From positions 650,274 to 714,273 of the forward strand of contig NW_015164664.1 of NCBI RefSeq assembly GCF_001447785.1: DNA of 64,000 bases. The letters are read 5' to 3'. The position numbers and the translations under genes were made by a program. Positions 24,662 to 37,739 of the stretch are shown one piece after another. The stretch's first letter is position 1; every line of letters starts with the position of its first letter. The notes under the pieces are model-generated. The model ran no database searches and had not been told where the DNA came from. It saw only the letters and a list, made by a program, of their open reading frames with translations. The stretch is from Gekko japonicus (lineage: Eukaryota).

Positions 24662-27600
24662 ATGGCTTTGCTGTGTTACAACAAGGGCTGTGGGCAGAGG
24701 TTTGACCCAGAGAAGAACACCCACGGTAAGCAGGGACTAAGACTGGGGAATAGCTGGTTGGCTCCGTAGGTCTCTGAATACCCACAATGCCTTGCTTTGA
24801 ATTTGCCGGGAATTACAATTTGTTGCCAAGGAGTACATGCCTGGATTATTGTTATTAACATTTCAAGTGTCGCTGTTATATGTAGCCACTTTTTTCTTCT
24901 TCTGGTAGGTCTCCTGTGCCTTTAGCAGCTGCATGATTAGCAGATTCAACAGGTGATGTGTTTTCCAACAGGCAGGGACATGCACTGAGATTCCCCTGTC
25001 AGATTTCTGCCTGTCACACAGCAGTTAAAACAGAAGGAGTCTGTGCTATGGAAACAATGAAAGAGGCAACTAACGCTCCTGCAGGGCTTTCCCAGATGAA
25101 AATGTTTTTGTTATCCAGGTTCCAAACATACACTGCAGCATATGGTGATGCCCTGAGATAGGGTGATAAATATCATCTGGTGCAGGCAACAATATCATAT
25201 GAGTAAAGAGAAGTGCCTCTAAGCATATGTAGAGTTTGTAGCATCACCAAGTAACCCAAAACAGTCCTGACACAACTGGGCGGAAGGGGGTTGTCTTTAA
25301 GGCAGAAAATCTATATTCCAGAAATGCTGGGAGTGTGTGGTCATGGATAAATTCCACCAGCAGCCACATGAGTAAAGATGGCAGAGGAAATGTGTGGTGT
25401 GCAATCTCTCAGCTTTCAAAATTGTGCTTCATTTTTGGCACTGGGGGGATTTCTTAAGTCCCTCCCCAACTTTGACATCTGGGGCTTCTAGAAGGCTGTG
25501 GATGCTGCTGGCAGGCAAGTTGTGGCAGGTGCCTGTTTCACGCTTGGAGATCAGATAGACTGGGATGTAAACATGAGCTTTTCAACTCTCTTTCCCCAAC
25601 CCAAGGAATGTCAGCTTTGGAATGTCCTTTGGGGAGGAGATGGAGATGAAGGAACACTTGAATGGGCTCTGTGACGTCCTTGCTTATTGGGGGGACTGTT
25701 TTTATCTTTAAAACACTCTCTGTGTACCTAAACTTGGTAGATTTCTGCTGCCACCAGGAAGTAAAAATTCCAAATCTGTCTCTTTTGCTAGAATGACGTT
25801 CTGGGCACTTCAGAGGACTATGTGGCCTTGAGGAAGGACTATTCTGATTTCTGGAATAAGTTTAAACAAAAAAAAAAGATTTATTTAATAAAGAACATAA
25901 TATGTTTCTGGTTATTTTGAACTGTTGCTGATGAAAGGAACTTGTAAATATAACTGGCAAAGCTTGGTGTCACAGTCTCTCAAACTCCCAAAACTCCACT
26001 CTGACAGGTGTAGACACTCAGTCTAATATCTCTCTAATCTATATAGCCACACAGCCTGAACTCTTTGTCTTATTCACACATAATAGACTCACCCAAACTA
26101 TGCTCTCTCTTCAAACTTCACACATAGAATCACTCATAGACACCCCTCCTCTCACACTCAGTCATCAGCCAATCACATCATACTTACCTCCCTCTATCAC
26201 TCTTCTTACAGTACTGCAGTCAAACTAAACATTTAAAGAAACACACCAAAACATGAAGTCATTACAGGCTCTGATCCTCTTTGGCAGTTTCCTTACTCAA
26301 GTGCAGAGCTTGAAGTCTAACTGGCCCAGCTTTGCTCCAGAGGAACTCCACATAGGCAGAGACAGGACTTCTGCTCCCAAGAATTAATGCTTAAGTGGAA
26401 GTGCTTTTGACCCAAAGTGACTAGTGTGGAGAGCCTTTGCAGTAAGGGTGGCATCCATTTGGAACGGTCCATATTTTTTGTGTAGAAGACCAGGTACAAG
26501 ACCACCACAAGCTGCTTAGTGTAACAAATGATGCAGAAGTCTGTAGGTGTGGATTGAGCCTCAGTGGTGAGCAAAGGGACACTCTTTCCATGCTCAAAGC
26601 CACAACCTTAGTATGTTTTTGAAGTTGGCACACTCCCCTTTGAGCTCCCAGATCAGTACATAGACACGTGAAGCTGTGATACATAGGCTGATATAGGTCA
26701 GCCTGGCAAAGAGCAATCGAGGGAAAACTCTAGGACAGGCATGTCCAACTTCGAACAGGTAGTGATATTATTTTTTCCGGCCAAAAGTGCCGGTGATCTA
26801 CTACCATGAAAATAAAGTTTCAAATTAGATTTTACCCCACTAAAGTTGGGTTCCACCGCCCCCCCCCCCCCCACGCTGATGCCAAAACACACCCTACCAC
26901 TCTAAAAATAAGAATTCATCATACTGGCACCAATAATCAAATACAACCAAACAAAAAAAACCCCAGACACCTGTCCAGCAAACCAGGAGACCAAGTGGGG
27001 CTGGTGATCTACCTCTGACCCCTCCGCGATCTACTAGTAGATCGCGATCTACCTGTTGGACATACCTGCTCTAGGAGATTGGCCTTTCCTCCCAAGTCTT
27101 ATTGTACCTTGGGCACCAAAAAGCTTAAGAAACAGTTAAACGGTGTCTCTGGGATCAAGCTCTACAATCAGATAGAGCACAGACATGGAAACATCCAATT
27201 ATTCTCCAATATACTAAATGCTTTCAACCAGCAGATTACCTCAGATCCCTCATGATCTCCAAATATCGGAGAATCTTTACTCTTGCATGCTTTAATGTTC
27301 TACCCTCAGCCCTCCTGGAATGCAGATACCATCATGTGCCACTCTCTCAATGGCTCTGCCCATGTCATGCAGGGAAAGTAGAGTCTATCAAACATGTTCT
27401 GCAGCACTGCCCATTTTACAACAATATCCGATCTCAATATATAGCTTCAATTCTGTCAACTATACCTCTCCCTCCACCTTGCAGACTTTCCCCATGAGAC
27501 AACTAATAAAAGTTGCGAAACTGGAGCTAGCTCTTTGGGTTTCCATTTCCAGTACTGTGGATGAAAAGCAACCTTGCGTCAGATGTGACTCCAAGGCTGT

Positions 27601-30600
27601 AATCTGCCTGCCTCCGGGGCCTGGGATTTTTTGATACACCCTTCTAGCCTTTACCAGTGAGAATAGCCAAGGAGCTGGTCTGGGTGGTGAGAATGACGGA
27701 CCTTTGCTGAAATTGCTGCTTCCCCTCTTTTGTCTCCTGTTCTCAGACTCCTGTCTCCATCACCCAGGTTTCCCTATCTTCCATGATGTCTTGAAGGTGA
27801 GTGGGCCTGAGAGCTCTACTGAGGCGCTCTCAGCAGAATTTTAGGCAGGGGGACATGTGTGGGATTGCATGGATACTGGTCAACGGACAGGTATGAGGAC
27901 TGAAAGGGACGGATTGTGGTAGTGTCTGCACAGGGATGTCTAACCAGCATTTCTAGTAGCCCACGAGGCCTGTTTTTCTTACTTCCCTAGAGGCCAAGTA
28001 AGCATTGTCTGGCAAGGGGAAAGCGGTGGGAGTGTTTTTGTAGCAGCTTCTCCCTTGCTGCACAAAACACAGCCTGGTGCCATTTGGAAAGAGGTGCTCT
28101 TTGCTGTTCTAAGCTGCTGGTAGATTTCCCAAAAAGTACTTTCCCTGATGGTCGCTAGAAGAACATCTCCAGTTATCGCTGGCGGCCATATTAGTGATTT
28201 CTGTATTGAGGAATGGGATGCTCATGCTGAATTGTTGTCTGTAGGGCTGGTCTTGCTGCAAGAAACGAACCACCGATTTCTCCGAATTCCTCTCCATAAA
28301 GGTACGTCTGTGTCCATTGTCACCCATGTGATCTGCCTGGTTTTGCTGGTTTCTACACGCTATTTGTCCTGCGAACCTAGCAGTTCGAAAGCAAGAAATT
28401 GCAAGTAGATAAATAGGTACCACTTCAGTGGGAAGGTAACAGCGTTCCGTGCGCCTTGGTGTTTAGTCATGCCGGCCACATGACCATGGAAATGTCTTCG
28501 GACAGCGCTGGCTCTTCCGCTTTGAAATGGAGATGAGCACCGCAACCCTAGAGTCGGACTCGACTGGATTTCGAGCAAGGGAAACCTTTACCTTTACCTT
28601 ACATGCTATTTGAGGTTAGAGACTAATCTCTGCTAAATCATCAATCCTAATGAGGTTTTTGAATTTGTAACTTGTCCTGTCTTAGAAACTTGGGCTTAGT
28701 TAATGACATGAGTTACATTTATTTAAATTCTGACCCAGCTTGCCACTCCATCTGCAGGGGGAAAATATTAGTTTGAAATGGATAATAGCACAATGGTTCT
28801 GGCCCCCTAACTTCATTTTGAAACATTGGTCCGTGTACTCCAGTAGGGTCAACCTTGTCAGGCAGAGAAAGACCAGCTACCCCTGAAGATGTCAGGGTTC
28901 AGTCCTGGCACCTTCTGAGGGCAAAGTACTGCGCTTCCACAATAATGCAAAAGCGAGTAGCTGGTGCATGGAACAGGTGAAGGGCTTACATCAAAAGAGG
29001 AGCTGGTGTTCCCTGTAATGTAACTATGACAGAAGGAAGCAATCCTGCATGTATGTCTACTCACTAACAAACTTGCAGGTTGATCCCATGCTTTCCTGCT
29101 CTCACAGCTTTGAAATCCTGAAAATGATAATATTTTGCAGTACTTTGATATGTGAGTATACTGTGAGAGCCAAGTAGGTGCTTATTCTGGGAGTCAAGGA
29201 GACTTTGTTCATCTGTTAGGGCATTTCTCACTGCTTTAAGAGAAATTGCTTATGTCATGAAGTTGGAGGGAAAAGGCCCAACTCGATGCATTTTGTTCTT
29301 GAAGGGCTGCACAAGAGGGTATCACAGCAATGAGAAGCCCCCAGAGCCTGAGGAGCCTGAGTCAAAAAGCAAAACCAGCTCTGAGATCATTGTTCGGGGG
29401 CCAAAGTCAGTAGAGATGATGGAGCGTGAAAGACCCAGGTGAGCCTGTGGGAATGGTCCATGCATGTGTTTTCCTTCTGGGGCTAATGGCATGTGACTGG
29501 TTTGGGAGACGTTTGACAGTCTAGTCAAGCATCCTGTTTCCAACTGTGACCAGCCATATGCTTTTGGGAAGCCCAAAGGCAGAGTGTGAAGGCTAGAGCC
29601 CTCCCCTTTTCTCTTTGTCCAACCATCTGGGCTCAGGGTAGACTGCCTGTGAATTGGGTAGACCAACAAGATTTTTTGGGTATAAGCTTTCAAGAGTCAG
29701 ATCTCCCTTCATCAGATATCTTGTTGGTCTCTGTGCTACTGGACTTGAATGTAGCTGTTCTACTGCAAAATACACGGCTACCCTCTGAAACTGAATTGGG
29801 AAGGTTTCATTAAAATGTTGTGGCCAGTAGCTATTGATATGTCTATTATTTCCTAGGAATTTGAGTTATTTTTTTTTAAGCCATCTGAGCTTAGTGGTAG
29901 AGAGTTCCATAAGCTAATGCTACCTTGTGTGAAGGAGGACCCAGTGTGGAGGAGTGGCGGGGCTCCTGTCCTGTTGGCACCTCTTTTTGCTTGAAGTCTG
30001 GTGCTAGTTTCTTAGCCTTCAAAGCTCTCCCAACCTCTCTTGTTGGCTTTCTCCAGTCCAGATGAACCAATGAAGCTACTGCCAGTGAAGGTATCTGAGT
30101 CCTTAGAGCAGGCCCTAAAGAAGCTGGATTTGTCATCCAAGGAGCAACCAGCAGTGCAAGGCACTGTGGGCACTGGTGAGAAAGGGAGGAAGAGGCCAGA
30201 CTGGGAAGGGAAGGGTGTCGTGTTTGGAATTTGTGTGTCATTGTTTGAACTCTCAAGGAGAATCTGAAGGCTGCATCCTCCTTGGATAAGGAAGCAGGGT
30301 TGAGAGACTGCAGGCTTAAAGGGCCAAACCTCCACATTGTATGTGGCTGGCTGGAAGTAGCCTTTGGTTCTGGGAAGCTCTATGTGGGGGGAAGGTGGGG
30401 AGGGTTGGGACTCCAGCCCACACCTCTACTGCTAGGGCTGGATTGAGCCTGATAATGAAACTGCACAATAGGCCCCCTGCTGAATTTGAGGTTCCTTCTC
30501 TATTTGGCATCCTCCATATTCCTTGCTGTAGGAAAATGTGAATTACTGGTATTCAGAAATAGAATATTGATTACATTATAGATTGGGCTTGGCATGTGCA

Positions 30601-33600
30601 GACTAACCCTGGTCCAAACCTGTTTGTTTTTTTTTTTTGAATGAGAGAATGTGTGACCAGTCTCCTGGTCCAGGACCTGAAAATCTTGGGGATGTACATT
30701 AATGAGTGGATTGAATGTTGCATCTGGCTAGAGTTTGGGGGCTATAATTTGAGCTCTTCCAAAGTGCCTGACTCTGTTTCTGGCTGTTACAGATGCTGCC
30801 CTTCAGGTGACACTTGGCATGACCTGCAAGAACTCTGGCTGCAAGGCGGTGAGTTGCATCTTTGCCGCTCCCCTTGTGGACTCTTGCTGGATGTTCCTGT
30901 GGTCTCTTGGCCTTGGAACTACCTCCCCAAGAAGGCTGTGCTTTCCCGTCATCAGAATCCTCCCCTCTAGCCCCAAGCGTGGAGGCAAGCCCTGTACTGG
31001 AAAGCATGGCTCCTTGACTCTGAGACAGCAGAGGGAGCCATAGGTTGTTGGCTGTGCCAGGTGGCTGCCAAAAGAAATGCATTGTCAAGACAGAGGATGT
31101 GGTGTGGGGGAGGAGAGAAGGGCCCCCTCCAGCTGGAGTGGCACAGGGACCTTCAGGGCTGCTTTGCTGACCTTTCTGCCTCACTGGTCTTTCAGGTTTA
31201 CCAGGGGGAAGAGAGCAATACGGAGACCTGCATATTCCACCCTGGGATCCCCGTCTTCCATGAGGGGTAAGGGGGGGGGGAACTCCTCCACTCACCTTCA
31301 GTCTTTCCCCAACTGCTTTGACCAGGTCAGTGACCAAGCTTGGAGTGCCTGGCCTTTGTCTGCCAAGGACAGAACCCTTGCCAGTGCAGAGATTTGTCTC
31401 CCAGCCTAGCCTCTTCCATGAAGCTGGCAAAGCGGTCTCTGCACTGGTCAAGGTAAGTGCACTGAGCAGACAGCAAGAATCACTACAAGGTTTTCTTTCC
31501 TGCACTGTGTCCTGTGCAGTGCCTCACCTGAGCAGTGAGAAATTCCAGGAAGCCTCTGCAGGCCATTTTTAGAGAGCTGGTGACTTTTTCAAAAGCTTTG
31601 CAGCACCCTGATAACTTACAAATGGCACAAGGATTGCAGGTAGGGGGCTGGAGATCAGTTCCTTTAGAGAAAATGGCTGCTCTGGAGGGTAGAATCTATA
31701 GCATTATACCCTGCTGAATTCCCTCCCCTCCAAAACTCAACCTTCCCCAGGCTCCATCCCCAAATCCCCAGGAATTTTCCAACCCAGAATTGGTAACCTT
31801 AATTGTTGGGCACAGAAGCACCATACAGGCTGGTAGTAGTGGGACTGAGCAACGTCTGCTAAAGTACAGGTTTCCAAATATTTCTATTATCTTCCTTTGC
31901 ACTGAGCAAACCCACCTTCTAGCCATGGCTGTGACTTAAGACAGATTGCAAGAGCAGCTGAATTCTGCTTCTTATTTATTTAGACTATTTCTATGCTCAA
32001 TGCAACTTAGAATTAAAAACCAAAGTATATAAAAACAAGCCATTAAAAAACCAACAAGCCATTAGACATTAGCAGCATAAAAACCATCCATACAACAGAA
32101 GCAGATCCTTCAAAAGCTGATAAGATAAAACCCCTAAATATGTTTTAGCTCGGCACCTACAAGAAAATAAAGTAGGTGCTAGGTGAGCTGCAAGAGGAAG
32201 GGTGTTCCAAAGGCAAGGTGCCACCAAAAAAGATCCTGCTCCTAGTTGCCACATGCCTCGCTTTTGAAGATGGAGGAACAGAAAGCAGGGCTTTGGAGGA
32301 AACTCTTAATACCCAGGCCTTTTGCTAATACCCAAGCAGTTTTTGGCACCTAAAAGTGCCATCTTGAGTACAGTGCTGAATTCATACCCATTCTGCCACA
32401 CAGTCCTATTCCTCTGGGTGGCATGGCTTAATTCTCTGCCCTCTGCCTCATTCCTGAGCTTCCTTCCAACATGGGTTCCTTGATCCTCCCCAGCATGAAG
32501 TACTGGAGCTGCTGTGCAGTTAAAACAACAGACTTCACTGCATTCCTGGAGCAGAAAGGCTGCAGCAGAGGGAAGCACATCTGGCTGAAGAAGCAGGTAA
32601 GGAATTGCCCCATAAGCTCCTCTGCCTAGGTGCTAGATCAGGGTTGGGGGAGTACCTGTATGATGTGCTACTAAAGTCTGTGGATGGCTCTCTCTACACT
32701 TTAAGACAGATCTTACCAGATTTATTCCATTTCTAACTTTGGCTACTTGGGAATGGGATCTCACTGTGTGTGTATTGTCTTCCTGTCCTCTTTTGAAATT
32801 CCTATTATAGAGCTACTATTGCATAATGGTTATGGAATTGGTTCAAATCCCTACTCTACTATGGAAGCTTGCTAGGTGACCTTGGGTGTGTCTCCCCCCC
32901 ACCCCGGTCTCACAAACACATACATCATTAGCCAAAATGGCATCAGGATGAACAACAGTGGGGGCTGCAGGAGAGAAATTATCAAAACAGGGATGTCAGG
33001 GAGAAACAGAGAGCAAGGCCAGAGGCTGGACCGCTCTGTGTGCTCTCCCTCAGATGCTAACTTGTTGCTAGGAAGCTCCCCTTTTCTCTTTACCACACTT
33101 TGTGGCTCAGAGGTAAGAAAGTGGAAAGCTATACAGGTAATCCTTGCAGCTTGGTGGGCCAGAAGATCTCCTCTCTTGTTTCAGCATTGCACTACAATAC
33201 TGTCTTTAATAGCAGCAATATGAGGCGCTGGGGATGGTGTTTACAGTTTCTAGTAAAGATGCCAGATCCTTGAGCAGTGGCGTAAGACTGTTAACTGACT
33301 CTTCTTGGCAACAGGACAGGAAACTGGTGTCTTGTCGGCAGGACTGGCACCAAACCAGCAGCCAAGTGGTGGTAACTGTCTATGCCAAGACCCCTCTGCC
33401 AGAGCTGAGCTTCGTGAAGGCCAACCGTACTGTGGTAAGTGTGGAGATCAACTGATGCCAGCTCTGCCATGAGAAAGTCTGAGTGGTGCTTGATCTGCAT
33501 GGGGAATTTATATTGGTGAACCATTGTAGTCTTCCTCTAGATGAGATTGGCAACGTGGGAGGGCTCTTCCAGCATGTCTGACCTAGAATACAGCCCAGAT

Positions 33601-34585
33601 TACTGAAGCTGCTTCCTCTCTCCTAGGCAATGCCTCAGTGGCAAAGAATCTGTTTTGCATGCAGAAGATCCCAGGTTCAATCCTCAGTATCTTCCGTTAA
33701 AAAGATTAGGTCACAGGCAATGGGAAAACCCTCCACCTGAGACCTTGGAGAGCCGCCAGTCAGAGTAGACAATATTGACCTTGATGGGCCAATGGTCTGA
33801 TTCTGCAGGATACAGTTTTCATGTGTTCTTTTCCTCACTCCTGACAGCTTGACATCCATGTCATCTTTGAGGGAGACAAGGCTTTCCAGGCAGAGTTGGA
33901 TCTCTGGGGGGTAAGTCTTGGTTTCCTTGTCTCTGTCCTTACTTTGAAAATGTCTTTGGCTGTGAAAAGACTGTGGTCATAGCACCTGCAGTGATGGGGA
34001 GGAAGCCTCACTTATTGAGCTTGGCATGCAGCTATCGGAGCTGTGCCAGAAACAAAAGCCCCCTAACAGTTGCAGTTCCAGTGAGTGAGAATGAAAAGAC
34101 ACTGCTATGGTGGTAGTCTTTGAGCTGGCTCCCTAGCAGATGCAAGTGGCCTTGTTTGTGTTGCTGTTGTGGTCATCATTGAGCTGCTGGGCCGCTGTGT
34201 CTCATGACAGGATCTTCCCAAATGGTCCTGGCTTAGAGGTTCTGTTCTACTTGGTGACAAAGGTCAGAACTCAGGAGCCATTTCTATGTTTTTCTTCCAG
34301 GTCATCAATGTGGAGAAAAGCTCTGTGACCATGGTGCCCTCCAAGGTGGAAATTACCTTGCAGAAGGACAGCCCGGTCACCTGGGCCAGACTGGAGCACC
34401 CGCAGAGCAGATTTCAAGCCAAGCAGCAGCTGGAGGCAGATACCTTGGAATGCCAGGAAGCCAGAGGAGCTCCTGAGGAGGAGGAGGAGTCAGACGACAG
34501 CTTGAGCTGGTCAGATGAAGATGAGGAGCAATGGCAGGAAGGCCAGGGCATGACCCCTTCCAGCCTGGTTTCTAATGGCAATTGA
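24662..34585 (+). CDS. ITGB1BP2: Integrin beta-1-binding protein 2 (melusin), 373 aa
   Basis: Coding exons 24662-24725, 27747-27796, 28245-28301, 29305-29438, 30057-30175, 30793-30848, 31196-31266, 32494-32596, 33315-33434, 33848-33910, 34301-34585; total 1122 nt, in phase. Two CHORD domains (CYNKGC...HPG.PIFHD...WSCC; CKNSGC...[17 protein letters not shown]), CS domain (CRQDWHQT), acidic tail ([18 protein letters not shown]) typical of melusin rather than CHORDC1. Lies between NONO and TAF1. Confidence 0.95.
25670..26266 (-). mobile_element. Solo LTR (597 bp) in ITGB1BP2 intron 1
   Basis: Termini TGTGAC...ATTACA (TGT...ACA); perfect 5-bp TSD GGCTC at 25665-25669 and 26267-26271. On the minus strand, TATA-like (about 26040) precedes AATAAA (about 25880). 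Confidence 0.75.
26736..27068. mobile_element. Non-autonomous hAT DNA transposon
   Basis: 14-bp TIRs CAGGCATGTCCAAC / GTTGGACATACCTG (one mismatch); perfect 8-bp TSD CTCTAGGA at 26728-26735 and 27069-27076; repeated GATCTAC motifs. Confidence 0.9.
27240..27470 (+). mobile_element. Non-LTR retrotransposon C-terminal CCHC fragment
   Basis: Translation LCPC...[14 protein letters not shown] resembles the zinc knuckle after RT; clade not assignable. Confidence 0.5.
28370..28600 (+). mobile_element. Sauria-type SINE (3' part)
   Basis: AACCTAGCAGTTCGAAAGC...GCCGGCCACATGACC...AGAGTCGGACTCGACT with an (ACCTTT)n tail. Confidence 0.8.
29660..29790. mobile_element. Penelope-like inverted remnant with minus-strand hammerhead core (29681-29718)
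   Basis: GACCAACAAGAT...ATCTTGTTGGTC inverted arms; minus strand TAT-CTGATGA-A-GGGAG-ATCTGA-CTCTT-GAAA-GCTT-ATA. Confidence 0.6.
32060..32260 (-). mobile_element. Degenerate L2-like 3' fragment
   Basis: Minus-strand translation [13 protein letters not shown] resembles the L2 RAFSVAAPxLWNxLP motif. Confidence 0.45.
33625..33820 (+). mobile_element. tRNA-derived squamate SINE (Squam3-like)
   Basis: CTCAGTGG...CCCAGGTTCAATCC head; body GAGACCTTGGAGAGCCGCCAGTCAGAGTAGACAATATTGAC, shared with 61231-61420. Confidence 0.65.
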
Positions 34586-34870
34586 GTGCATGTGGCCACT
34601 GGATTCTGAGGCTGGGGGCAGGCGATAACGGCCTGTTTCCCCTTTAAGGCACTACTCTGCAACAAAACAGAAGGGCCGTGGCTCTGTGGTACAGCAGGAG
34701 TGGTTGCTGTTTGGCAGAAGTACCCACTGTTCCTCTGCTCACCAGATCTTCAGGGCTGCCTGGCCTGTTGGAAAAGGGGGTGGGTGGGGAGAGCCAGGGA
34801 TGGTGGGAACTGGCACCTAAAATTTCTCAGCCTTTTGCCTCTTTAGTGTGCAGCTGTTTCTTACCCCTGA

Positions 34871-34876
34871 AATAAA
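34871..34876 (+). terminator. PolyA signal of ITGB1BP2
   Basis: AATAAA about 285 nt after the stop codon. Confidence 0.7.
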
Positions 34877-35040
34877 AGATACCTTGTTGAGTATGGGACA
34901 ACACAGAAGATCTCCTGCAACTGTTATCCTTGCCACTCAGTTTACTCATGCCTGACTATATGGGAGTGAAACTGGCCAGCTGGGCAGTGTGTGTGGATGC
35001 CAGTTCCTCCATGGCTCTTCTTCTGAGCAGGGTTGATTTC

Positions 35041-35077
35041 NNNNNNNNNNNNNNNNNNNNNNNNNNNNNNNNNNNNN
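35041..35077. other. Assembly gap (37 N)
   Basis: Run of n. Confidence 1.
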
Positions 35078-37539
35078 AAAACCAGACTGTTTTACAGCAG
35101 GAACACAACACATAGTTAAAGTGATTTTGTACAGAAACAAAATGTGGGAAAACAAGTTTGCACAGCATACTGTCAGAATTTGAGGGGCTTCAGAAGGAGC
35201 AGAGGCAGGGGCTGTTATGAATGCTGTTGTGGAACATTTCCATCAGTTCTTACAGGTTTAAAGATGGAGGGCAAATGTAAGGATGGAGGTAGCTAAATGA
35301 ATCAGCTTGTAAACAAATAGAAAGGACAATATTTATTTAGAAAATGCATGCCAACTCTCCAGGGAACTGGGGTCAAGGTGGTTCACAAATTGAAACATGA
35401 TAAACACAAAACAGTATACAAATAATTAAAATGAACAAATTATTTAAAACCCAAGCCTCCAACTGTAGGCCAGTATCTAGCAGCATCCCTAAGTTACAAA
35501 TCTGCTCCTTTAGGGGACTACAACCCCCTGTGATGCTGGTGTTGCTGCTTTATAGGCCCTGAAAATTAGAACAGCCTGGTTAGATACAGGAGAAATAAGG
35601 TCCACAACATCGTTTTGCCACAGTGCATTTCATGATGCTCTCAGAGGCCCTAGAAGGATGTTGCAGGTAGGTAATACTATTATCTGTTAAGAGAGACAAT
35701 CCAAAAGATTGCAGTGGAAGTCTGCCTGAGTGGACACAGCCAGAGAAGGACAGAATAGGCACACTGACCTCTCTCTCTTTAAAGAGACCAACTTCTGTTA
35801 AGTGTGTATTGAGCACATATACCATACAACAGCCTGCTTTCTTCATACACCATGATCTGCCTTGGCTATAAATATGTATCTTGGTGTTCCAGCTCATCTC
35901 ATGTTTATTTAAATATTGGTTCCCTGCTTTTCTCCTTCAGAGTGGCATCTTATTCTTTTGCCTTGATGCAAAAATCATGTGTAGAAATGGGGAGCTGAAG
36001 CTTTGCAGGGCATGGAGGTAAATAACATCCCATTAAACCTCTGTTAAATGGACAGGACACCTTTTCTGTAAGTAGCTGGCAAACCTGCCAGTGACAATGT
36101 GTCTTTGGTGAGTGAGGGGTGTGCTTTTGGCAGCTCACAGTGAATTTTTGGGGGTGGGGAGAAGATGCACACTGAGTTGCTAGTTTCACTGATCCCTGGA
36201 GCATACTTACAACTGGATGACCATGAATGGATAACCATGAAAACTCATATCCTGCCACAATTTTTGTTAGTTTTTAAGGTGCTACTGGACTCTTGCTCTT
36301 TTCTACTGCTACAACTGGAATGTAAGCCCCATTGAATGCAATGGAATTTCCTTCTGAGTACAGGATGATTTGTGCTTTTGCTGTTTTTGTGCAGTCTCTC
36401 CAAAGCAGCAACTCTCTCCTTGGTCAAAGCTGGGCTCAGATTATCCTTAGTGAGATAGAGCATGACCCTTACTAGAGTCCAGCAGGCAGTGAGAGATTTT
36501 TATGCTCTTCTCTCATTTTGGCTCTGTGGAAGAGGGCAGCTGAAGGTGCAACATCCAGCATATGGTACTATCTTCTACACAGTCAGACTTCTCTAGCTCA
36601 CTGGGGTCCTGTCTAGCAGGCAGCAGCCACTCCAAGGTCTAGGGCAGCAAAATCTTCCCTCACCTTGCAACCTTTCCAATGTGAGACACCAAAGATCACA
36701 CCTAGGATCTTCTGCATGCAAAGCAGGGCGTATGTCAAGGGGCCAGGCTTGAAGCATTAGTATTGGCAAACCAAGCTGCCAAAATTTCTACACCTGTATA
36801 TGCACATGAGACCATCTGCAAAATGCACGATTACACAGAAGGATCCAACATACAATAAACTATACACAATAAGCCGCCCTGAGCCTTCGGGATAGGGCGG
36901 GGTATAAATTTAAATATAAATAAAATAAATAAATAAATATACAGCAAGATTGGCTTATAACTGGCTATTAGCTACGATAGACAAATACAGCCTCCTGTCC
37001 AGGTTTAAAGACAGTCTATCTTTGAATGCCAGCTGCTTTGGACAGACAGTGGAGGAGTGCTTACTTTCTTACCCCGGTGAGCTTTCCAGAAGCATCTGTT
37101 TGGCTACTGCTGGAAACAGGCTGACAAACCTTCGGCTGCTCCAGTAAGCTCTTAACGTTGATTCCGCCGCCCCTGCAGCCTGTGGAGGATCTGCGTCAGC
37201 GTTCGTCCCGCCTTAACCAATCTTGATTCTTCCTCCCCTCTGGGCCCCGCCTTTCCTCCAAGGAGCTGGGTTTAATTCATCCTTGCACCCTTCATGCGGC
37301 ACAGTGAGCGAGAAGCCCATTAACAGCACTTTCCTTAGGGCGAACTGTGAGAAAGTGGGAACGAGGACATTTCCAGAGTTTCTGCAATTCTAGATTTATT
37401 GGCTTACTTGTATAATACGTGTTTTTAGTGGTTTATTTCAGGTTTTAATAAAGGTTCTCGAAGCGGCTTCGTAGCTGACAGCGTGGGATATAAAAGTTCG
37501 AAATGAATTCACACACAAAAAAAGTATTTTCCAACCTGA

Positions 37540-37739
37540 GCCACTCTCGGCCGCCGTAGCTTTCCTAAGGAACTACATTTCCCAGAAACGCTTGTAAGGG
37601 ATCATCTAAAAGCCTTTTGGACGAAGGGAAGAAGGCGCATGCGCTTTGTGAAGGCCGGGGGGAGTGGGCGGGTTCTGACTGCCGGATACTGCTTCGCTTG
37701 GGCTGGTTGCGGGCACCGGGATCGCGCGCGGGGCCGAAG
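37540..37739 (+). promoter_or_regulatory. CpG promoter and non-coding exon 1 of the RhoG-like gene
   Basis: ZNF143/SBS-type ACTACATTTCCCAGAA 37572-37587, perfect NRF1 palindrome GCGCATGCGC 37635-37644, GC box, strong donor AAG|GTAAGG at 37739/37740. Candidate acceptors at 42445 and 42460 just before the ATG. Confidence 0.7.

Noticed and set aside
30699-31505. 268-aa minus-strand ORF
   Set aside because: Antisense to ITGB1BP2 exons 6-7 and their introns; no recognisable motif.
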